Assembly: GCF_003918875.1 (NCBI RefSeq)
Contig: NW_025767227.1
Span: 434,001 to 498,000 of the forward strand
Direction: 5' to 3'
DNA: 64,000 nt
DNA from: Haliotis rubra
Lineage: Eukaryota
Shown in pieces: positions 48,137-58,314 of the stretch. Numbering within the stretch: the first letter of the stretch is position 1; each line of letters opens with the position of its first letter. The notes under the pieces are model-generated. The model had not been told where the DNA came from. It did not search any database and worked only from the letters and a program-made list of their open reading frames with translations. A program made the position numbers and the translations under genes.

Positions 48137-51100
48137 ATGGAGGGTCAGCGGTAAGTTCCTCTCATATTCTGTGTCAGTGCAGTGCTTTTTTCGCAGCCAT
48201 CTTGTTTTTAAATGAGGCGAACTGGTCGTGACTGTACATGTGTTTGCTGCTAATCACAGGGGAAGTCATCGTTAAATTAAACATGGGCGCAAACAGAGCA
48301 AGGTACGCCTTCCATCAAACTGCACCCTCAGCTTGTCTTTCAATATTGTATTGATGTCATTTATTTAAATGCGACTGCCATTCAACTAAATGCACATTAT
48401 TACGATTCTTGCGAGGGCTAGAATCCATGTATTGATTGATTTGAAGGCACCATTGTCTTTTTTGTAAGTAGCACCAAGCAGTTTCAACACACAAGTGATT
48501 CTAAACCATCATCCAAACCCAAATAAATGATTCTTTGTAGAACTCCTGAGATTCTGGACTACCGGAATAAGAATGGTCATGGATGGTCCTTCTTCAAACA
48601 TGACGGCATCCTCCGGTCGATTAACACCACTCCTGAGGATGTCACGGAAATGACCCGAAAAGTTCAGAAACTCGAACTGAGAGATGATGACGTCTTGGTT
48701 GCAGCATATCCTAAATGTGGTAAGAGTGAGTGAGTGAGTGAGTTGAGTTTTACGCCGCACTCAGCAATATTCCAGCTATATGGCGGGGGTCTGTCAATAA
48801 TCGAGTCTGGACCAGACAATCCAGTGACCAACAGCATGAGCATCGATCTGTGCAATTGGAAACCGATGACATGTGTCAACCAAGTAAGCGAGCCTGACCA
48901 CCCGATCCCGTTAGTCGCCTCTTACGACAAGCATGGGTTACTGAAGATCAATATTCTAACCCGGACCTTCACGGGTTAAGATGTGGTAAGAAGCTGGATA
49001 ATGTACTGTATGAAGAAGTAATCTATTCTGTGAATGAATGTTTTTGAAATCTGCAGTAAGCAGATGGTTCCATGAGACTAGAAAATCATGATCATACGTC
49101 AAGCAACGAGCTCAAACATCTACCAACCTTGCCTAGTCGTACCTGACTAGTGAGCTGTGCACTGTGTAGATCATGCTTGCCGAAACACAAATACCATTCA
49201 AACAGGATTTGATCCCAGTTCACTCACGTACTCACAGTGTGCTATTCCAATCCTTCCAGGTACCCACTGGTTGTGGGAAATCGTCACCATGCTCAAGGCC
49301 GGTAACTCTGAGTACAACAAGAAGGCTAAGGAAATCGCCATGTTGGGGATGCCGAAGTTTGAGCGGGCTGATGAACTCCCCTCCCCGAGAGTTCTAAACT
49401 CACATCTAAATTTCCGTCATCTGCCGGAAAAGCTGGTGGAAAAGAAGATACGAACAATCTTCATCATGCGAAATCCCAAAGATGTCAGCGTATCCCTTTT
49501 TAACCATCTTAACGGAATAAAATTGAGTTTTAGGTTTGACGGGACGTATTCAGAATTTCTGGATCTGTTTCTGGAAGGAAAAGGTGAGTAATACGCAGAT
49601 GCTGTAACCCGCCTAACCCGCGCAGCCACCGCGACTTCCACAAAAAATGGAAGTCGGACAGCTGGTAGGCTTGACTGTTTGCTTTGTGTACCCCTCTGAT
49701 AAGTGTACATTGGCACGGCTTCCATGAATTTTATTGCGATCAGGTGCCTGATTGTGTGCCGGCGTGTGTGGGTTCGAATCCCGGATGGGACTCAACCCCC
49801 CAAAAGTACTAGAATCTTTATTTTACTGAGAAAGTGTAATCCCAAATATAACTTATGTTACATTTGACCACTTTCTAAATGGCATGGTGTATCCATAGCT
49901 TTCGGACGTTATGTTATGTAAAATTCCATCGATTTTTCAGTGGCCAGTGGTGATTATGTCGACTACGTAAAGGATTGGCTGCAAGTGAAACAGGACAACC
50001 CGGACTTGCCAATGTTGACGTTGTTTTATGAAAACTTGAAAAAGGTTTGTACTTGACCTAGATGCCTTATGTCGAGAAGATGGTTATAATGGTTTGCTGG
50101 TTTGAAGATCTGAATGTAAACACTGGTGGTCCATCACAGTAATTGGTAACGCTCAGATGGAACATATAAATAACTCGAAATTTACATATATCTGCGTCAT
50201 GTGCATGACATCTGTTGAGTTGCTCATTGATATGATGCGTGTGATATTGCCTATAATACCGTATCAAGTGCAGCAAGATCGATTATCAATTTCCTGATCA
50301 TTTTAAATAACATGAGTACATATTTTCGTCTGTCTGCCAGTTTTCACGTGTATCCTTATATACTTAGCAGCAAAAAAAACGTCAGTACGAATTCAAAATT
50401 AGATAGACACTGTAATCAAATCATTACAGAAATGGACATAATAAGCGGATCAAAAACATGTTTTGTGTACTATATTTTGAGACATCAATGAATAACTCAG
50501 CACATTTTCAAGACATTACGTGAACGTTTGCAGTCCATTCAGACCCTCGACTTCAGTATCTAGTGGGACCACCACGAGCGGCAAAAACTGCAGCACAGCG
50601 TCTATGCATGGAGTGCACCAATCGATTGATGAAGGCCATTGGCACCTGGAACCACACTCTGAGAAAGGCCTGGCGCAATAAATCGGCTGTGTGCGGCCTT
50701 GGTATGACATTATTCTGTCTCCTCTGAATTTCATCCCAAAGATGTTTAGTTGGGTTTAAGGGCTAAGGACTAAGGGCTGGCCACTGCATACTGTTGACAC
50801 ATGTAGGAAGTCCTGTGTAGCTCTGGTAGTAAGGGCCCGGGCGTTATCATGCTGGAAAATGTTGTTCCGGTGACGTGCGTAATGTGGTATGACGTGGGGT
50901 CTGAGAGCTTGGTCGATGTAGCGCACCGCTGTGATGCCGCCTCCTCTCCCTGGACCAAGGTTCTGGAACACCACAGGACCCACTCTCTGATTCAGGCCTA
51001 TTCCATCCCATACCATGATGCTTGCACCTCCCCATGAGTCTCTTTCCATAACACATTGGTCTGAGTAACGCTGGCCACGTCGTCGCAATATTCTTGTTCT

Positions 51101-54000
51101 GCCATCTGCAGTTTATACGCAGTACCGACCTCATCTGTGAACAGAACAGTTCTCCATTGCCTGTATCGCCAGTTTGGGTGTTGTAGAGCAAACTGTAGAC
51201 GTTCACGTCGATGACGAAGGGTGAGGATAGGTCCACGGTAAGGTCTACGGCAATGGAGGTTCCCGCTGTTAAGACGTCGGCGTACTGTATCAGTACTGAT
51301 TGGTCTTCCGTGTGTTCCCACTGTCTGGCGTGCTGTTTCGGATGCCTGCATGAAGGGATTCTGTACACAACATGGCGGTCTTGTCGTCTTGTGGTCACCC
51401 TTGGTCTGTACGGGGGCGATCATTTGTGGTGTTGGTGGCCCGGAAACGTTGTTGCAGCCTGTAGATGGTCCGAAGTGATTGGCAACGGCTTGTGCAGTGT
51501 GGCCAGCTTCAAGTCTTCCTAGCGCCTGGTTCCTCTGAGCTTTCGTGAGTCGCGTTATCCTGCTGACGTTGTAATGTGAATGTTTCAACCAGGTTTGGGG
51601 GTGCAATTTATAGGGTTGGTCCTTGTGAACAGCACGTGCAGCATGAGTTGCATGAAAAACACGGAGAACACCATACCATCTCCGAGATCAGGTTGCGGTT
51701 TCGAGACCATTTCCTCGGTTCCATTCTGAGTTTGGGAAGGAATGTCTTTGCTCAGATAAAGTTGGAGATGTTGTCAAAAATATACAATCAAAACATTAAA
51801 TGAGTTTACAGTTATCCGTTTCTGCAAAGGAACATTCCAAAGTGACGTTCTTTTGCTGCTTAGTATACATCTTTAGTTAACTGTCCTGGGGCTTATTTGT
51901 TATTTAAACTTTCGTTTACCTATAGTATACTGGACTTTCCATAATTCTATGTTTCTTCAGCGGCAATAGTACTGTTAATTACTAAGGGTAAGCGCGCTTT
52001 ACATTTGTTCGGGATGACAACGCTTATTTGGTTGATTTTAGGATCCTGTTAAAAACATCAAAACGGTTGCCGACTTCATTGGAGTCCCTGTCAGTGATGA
52101 ACTATGTGAGCAAATAGCAGAAGCGTGCAGCTTTAAGAAGCTCAAATCGGCAGACACTGAAGTCAAAGAGCACACCACTAATCCGTTGAGCATGTGGAAG
52201 GAAGGTCGCCAAGGAGTTTACAGAAAAGGTGAGATTGTCATAGTTTTCCACGCGTCCTTCATACATTAAATAAGGAGCAAGGATAGTGTAGGTCCAAGTA
52301 CTAATACTGTAACTTGTTAGACACACGTCGGTTAGAGTAGGGCCAATTATAATGTTGCTGTATGTGAGACATACGTGGGTTAGAAGTTTAACAAATATTT
52401 TATGACGGTACATGTTATTGAAAACTGGAAATATCACAGACTAGTTACCACGTTCAACTATGATGTTACTTGATGTGAGACACACGTGGGTTAGAGTAGG
52501 TCCAGTTAGGACGTTTCTGGATGTGAGACACACGTGGGTTTGAGTAGGTCCAGTTATGATGTTACGTGTTGTGAGACACACGTGGGTTAGAGTAGGTCTA
52601 GTTATGATGTTACGTGTTGTGAGACACACGTGTGTTATAGTAGGTCCAGTTATGATGTTACTTGTTGTGAGACACATGGGTTAGAGTAGGTCCAGTTATG
52701 ATGTTACTTGTTGTGAGACACACGCGGGTTAGAGTAGGTCTAGTTATGATGTTACTTGTGAGACACACGTGGGTTATAGTAGGTCTAGTTATGATGTTAC
52801 TTGTTGTGAGACACACGTGGTTATAGTAGGTCTAGTTATGATGTTACTTGTTGTGAGACACACGATGGTTAGAGTAGGTCTAGTTATGATGTTACTTGTT
52901 GTGAGACACACGTGGGTTATAGTAGGTCTAGTTCTGATGTTACTTGATGTGAAACACACGTGGGTTAGAGTAGGTCCAGTTATGATGTTACTTGTTGTGA
53001 GACACACGATGGTTAGAGTAGGTCCAGTTATGATGTTACGTGTTGTGAGACACACGTGGGTTATAGTAGGTCTAGTTATGATGTTACGTGTTGTGAGACA
53101 CACGTGTGTTATAGTAGGTCTAGTTATGATGTTACTTGTTGTGAGACACACATGGGTTATAGTAGGCCTAGTTATGATGTTACTTGATGTGAGACAGACG
53201 TGGGTTAGAGTAGGTCCAGTTATGACGTTACTTGATGTGAGACACACGTGGGTCAAAGTAGGTCCAGTTATGATGTTACGTGTTGTGAGACACACGGGGG
53301 TTAGATTAGGTCCAGTTATGACGTTACTTGATGTGAGACACACGTGGGTTAGATTAGGTCCAGTTATGATGTTACGTGTTGTGAGACACACGATGGTTAG
53401 AGTAGGTCCAATTATGATGTTACTTGATGTGAGACACAAGTGGGTTAGAGTAGGTCCAGTTATGACGTTACTTGATGTGAGACACAAGTGGTTTAGAGTA
53501 GGTCAATTGATGACGTTACTTGATGTGAGACACACGTGGGTTAGATTAGGTCTAGTTATGACGTTACTTCTTGTGAGGACACACGTGGCTTAGAATTGCA
53601 TAAAATCTGTAGATATTTTGAGGTCGCAGTCATACATTTCTTACGGAAGGGCTCATGAATACATATGAATGTATATTACAAACTGATTTTCAGTAGAGTT
53701 TGACACAAAATATAAATAACTTGATCTGAGGAAGTTTTGTGACACTGACAAATTACAGAATTGTTTCTGTGTTACTTACTTCAGGAATTACTCATGAATG
53801 ACGTACTTAAGGAGCTAGTAATGTATTACTTACTGACCTTAAATAGTATCACTCACCTTTGAAATATATGAAATATATGTGCTGTTTCAGGTGAAGTAGG
53901 GGATTGGAAGAACTGGATAACAGTTGCCCAGAACGAAATATTTGACAACGTCATTGAGCGCCGATTTGAAGGAACAGGCATTGTATTCACGTATGAATAA
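48137..54000 (+). CDS. Cytosolic sulfotransferase (SULT1-like), paralog 5, 305 aa
   Basis: Exons 48137-48150, 48541-48719, 49260-49583, 49941-50044, 52042-52228, 53891-54000; intact. Confidence 0.93.
48726..48980 (-). mobile_element. Short non-tRNA retroposon (family C)
   Basis: 11-bp TSD atgtggtaaga, (actc)n tail, 3' end shared with family A, no recognisable A/B boxes; degenerate relatives near 43434-43600 and 45325-45455. Confidence 0.85.
49603..49895. mobile_element. Rearranged copy of the tRNA-containing mini-LTR-like element
   Basis: 49603-49730 matches 365-490 in the same orientation; 49765-49895 matches 216-340 inverted; B box gggttcgaatccc. Confidence 0.65.
50361..51865 (-). mobile_element. 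Near full-length Tc1 transposon with frameshifted transposase
   Basis: TIRs tacttagcagcaaaa / ttttgctgcttagta, TA TSD; motifs WRTVLFTDE, IMVWDGI, FQHDNAR. Confidence 0.92.
52280..53595. repeat. 48-bp minisatellite in intron 5 of paralog 5
   Basis: Unit gtgagacacacgtgggttagagtaggtccagttatgatgttacttgtt; 16-aa periodic ORFs. Confidence 0.93.
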
Positions 54001-54724
54001 CGGTTATATGGTGATCATGGGGTTGTGGACACTGAATGCCAAATATCATCCAGGATATATCCATGAATATTCATCTCTAAGCTGTATGTTCATGTCAAAC
54101 CACAGAGTTTGACCTCTGACCCTTACAGGTTATTTGGCTGACACTGAAATTGAGGTAAAGTTAGGCAGAATCAATCAATGTTGTAACAAGATGGATGACT
54201 GAGTTTTTGTGTTTGTGTTGTGCCATGAACCATTATCCGATTTATATACCGTTACTTGTTGGCTAGAATCAATCAATGTTGTTCCAAGATGGATGGGTGA
54301 TTGAGTGGTATTTGTGTTGTGCCATCAACAGTTATCCATGTTATATACCCGTTACATGTCAAAACAAATCTAAGGGAAATATAAGTAACTGTATTTACAA
54401 TGTATTTACCGGTATTTGAGTTTGAAACTGCATATATTAAAAAAGCTATGTCCTTGAAGCTAGTATTATGTGTAAATGTTCGTAACACGTGAGCAAAGCA
54501 TAAAACAATCTATGAATGTATTATGTCTGTAAATATGGATTAAACTGACAAAGTTTAACAATTATGTTATGAAACCCCTGTCATAAAATATATAATATTG
54601 TCTTTATATCATGTTTTTAACATGGTATAAACTACTGAATAAACAATTGATATTGATTAAACTATTAATATATGTTGTTGAAAACTGGAAATATCACAGA
54701 CTAGTTACTACATTGCACTATCTT

Positions 54725-55175
54725 ACACCTGCCAAGGGTCACGTTGATAACGATCATAGGACACAATCTGGGACGAGTATCTGTGAAGAATAGAAGCAAG
54801 GTGCATTACGTTTATTTATAGTGTATGTTTATATCTTACCTGCCAGGGGTCACATTGATAGTGAGCATAGGACAAAATCTGGGACGAGTTTCTGTGCAGA
54901 TAATAGAAGCAAGGTGCATTACGTTTATCTATATTGTATGTGTATATCTCACCTCCAGGGGTCACACTGATGACGTGCATAGGACAAAATCTGGGACGAG
55001 CATCTGTGAAGCTAATAGAAGCAAGGTGCATTACGTTTATCTATATTGTATGTTTATATCTCACCTCCTGGGGTCACGTTGATAACGAGCATAGGACAAA
55101 ATCTGGGACGAGTATCTGTGAAGCTAATAGAAACAAGGTGCATTGCGTTTATCTATATTGTAGGTTTATATCTCA
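54725..55175. repeat. ~112-bp tandem repeat (4 copies)
   Basis: Same family as 29603-29895. Confidence 0.85.
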
Positions 55176-55922
55176 TGGACAAATCACGCGCGTGCCACAT
55201 ATACGTTCGTGGCATACTCTCAACTGGCCATCGATACTTCGGTCAAAGTAAATGACATAATCTCAAGGTCACAATATGAAGGTTATTGTAAGTTTTGTCA
55301 GTAAATGGAATAGGTATATAATACGGACGACAGTCACAAATCATTCGGTGGTTGTCTGGTAACTTCATTCATGTTTGTAATTTTACTATCTTCTACTTTG
55401 ATAAATCTTTACCATTTGTTTCTGTGTTAACTTTAATCTATTGTACATATCTTTAGACCCTTGGCACTACCTTCACGTGTATGTGGAACGTGGCATCCTT
55501 TCACATATTTCTGTTTAGGATTATTTATTTAATACTGAATAACACTTCGCGGTTTTGTGACTTATAGATTGTATAGAGTGTGTCGGGTACCCTAACTACT
55601 AGTATTACATTACGTTGTGGGCACTCTGCTGTTTTGTGACTGTATGGATACCCACTGTATTGAACTATTGTATTACGTTGTGATAAATGCGTAACGAATC
55701 TACATGTGATGTTTATGTACTTTGAAAGCTGATTGCGTTGTGAACATGTTTTAAGAATTAATTATTGACTGATTATGTAATATAAGATCCTGTGACTGCT
55801 GAGTAATAAACTCCCCGTTTATTTACTCGTGTTGTGTTGTGTGGGGGTTGGTATTGTCAACCTCTTGCCTAGCGAGCTGATTCCCCAACACTCGCGTTTT
55901 AATAAGTGTACAAATCAAACTA

Positions 55923-57240
55923 TACTGAACCACAAAAGAAACGTCTTACCGATAGAGTTTCTTAAAACACAAAATTTACTTCACTCTAACAAACAACAAA
56001 ACAATCAAAACGGAGGATTGAGTTCAAACTTGGCAATTATGGTTAACACATTTTCGGGAATCACATTTAGAGTTCACACAAACAAAATCACCAAAAATGA
56101 TACCATTAAGATACCGTATGTGGCCTCCATGGGCATCGATGAAAGCGTTGCATCGTCTGTACATGGAGTGAATTAGCCGGTTGATGAAGACTACAGGCAT
56201 TTGGGTCCATACTCTGCGAAATGCCAGATCGATTCCAACCGCAGTTGTCAGCATTGGCTGGAGGTCATTCGGTCTTCTTTGAATCTCGTCCCAAAGGTGT
56301 TCTGTTGGACTTAAATCCGGACTGAGTGCAGGCCACTGTAGGGTTTGGATGTGATGTTGTCTTTGGAAGCCCAATGTTGCTCTGGCAGTGTGGTCACGAG
56401 CGTTTTCTTGCTGGAAGATGTGATTTCTGTGACGTCCAAAATGTGTTACAACATGGGGTCTTATGACTTGGTCAGTATAGCGAGCATCTGTCACTTCATT
56501 TCCTCACCCTGGACCGAGATTCTGGAACACCACGGGGCCAACTCTCTAGTTCTCTAGACCGATTGCACCCAACAACATGATGATTGGAGCACCAAACGAG
56601 TCTCCTTCAACAATACACTCATTGGAAAACAGTTCCCCACGTTTTCGCCATACTCTCACTCTGCCATCGGCTGTCGAAACACAATATCGGGTTTCATCAG
56701 AAAAAAAGCACAGTTCTCCATAATCGATAACGCCAATTTTGATGCTGAGTTGCCCATTGCAGTCGGCTTTGGCGGTGACAAGCGGTGAGGACAGGAACAC
56801 GATATGGTCAGGAACACGATATGACAGCAGAGGTTTCTTCCGCGCAAACGTCGACGCGCTGTATCGGCACTAATGGGTCTGTTGTGACTCCCGAATGGTC
56901 TGGCGTGCTGTTTCCGTCGCTCTGGGGAAGCAATCCTGCAGATGGTTGCGCACAGTCTGTCGGTCTTGATGTTGTGATGTTTCTGGAGGTCGCCCACTGC
57001 GTGGACGGTCTTGGATGCTGTTAGAAGCCAGATACCGCTCCTGCAGTCGGTAGATTTTCTTAACATGATGCAACACTGATTGTCAAGTGCTGTGCACGTG
57101 CATTTTCATTTTCACGAATGTCAAACGGAGCCTTTTGTCATGGTGCGATTGTACCGAAGGTCGATATGCTTTTCATCCAGAAAGCACACTGATGTTGGTA
57201 TTTAACTGTCAAATTGGCAATGATTGTTAACAAAACGGCC
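55923..57240 (-). mobile_element. Tc1 transposon relic
   Basis: One TIR tactgaaccacaaaagaaacgtc after TA; motifs RPRSGRP, FFSDETRY, FQQENAR, WPALSPDLSPTEHLWDE; other end lost. Confidence 0.88.
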
Positions 57241-57243
57241 ACA

Positions 57244-57450
57244 ATCGTGACGAGAACATATTTGATTTTGAAGTGGAATATATGTATATTATAAAAACCT
57301 GTCGACGAAGGACAGTAAAACAACTAGAATGTCACAATTAGAATTAAAACTAGCGTGGAAAGTTTAAAACTAATAGCACTATTGGGACAATACAATATAA
57401 AAACAGGCTAGAGATCGCCAACAACAGAAGGTAGATCACCATACTAGGGA
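57244..57450 (-). mobile_element. Retroposon 3' UTR fragment
   Basis: Homologous to 26940-27167 and 40053-40177. Confidence 0.65.
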
Positions 57451-58314
57451 TCAGAGGCTTGAGACCTTGGACTATTGCTCCACATAAAGTAAAAGTTCAC
57501 TATTGAGAATCTACAAAACAAAACAAAGGTTGATAACTCTCCATATTATTGCGAGTGATACACTGCTAATGCACAGGTGATCAAGTAACCACTAAACTAC
57601 AATGTTGAAACATATTCAGTTGGAGTGCAATTTTCATTTCAAACACAAAAACGTGGAATATTCCAGTGCATTATCGGTTTATGAGAACACAATGTTTCTG
57701 TGCCATTTTACCACCAAGAATTTAGATCAGCAGTAATGTTATATGTGAACAGTTAACGTGGGTTGCTGACACATTGGAAATATTTCACTGGAGAGTCCGT
57801 TTTCTGTCGGATCGTCTTAACTGATGCTTGAAGCAATTAAAATTCTTGGCGTAACAATTGATCACATTCTCCACTCGTCCAACCCACCTACTCCTATGGG
57901 TATGGCGTAGAGAAGCGAGAAAACATATTCAACTGGCATTCCACATACCACCGTCATAAGTTTTCCGGGTGCCCAACGGACGCAAGTCTGCACAGCGAAT
58001 ATACTGCACTTGTTTGAATAACAACTTGAATAACGTACTTGTTTCTAGATCCATGACTTGCATAAACAGCCTTGATAAGAGCGTGTCAGGTCGACTGGAT
58101 CTAGCCTCAACATCCTCGCGTGGAGAAGTCCTCGCCCTGCTCCCCTAGAATCAAAACTTACACAGTCGACACGGACTGTGCTACTTATTAACAGGGAACT
58201 GTAACATTGGTTGGGACGGTTCTCTCTTCGGAGTAGTAGAAAGTCACGCGAGGCGTACACAGTTGTGTGTTGTAAAAAGTCAGTTACAAGCTTTGATCAC
58301 ACATACTGATCATT

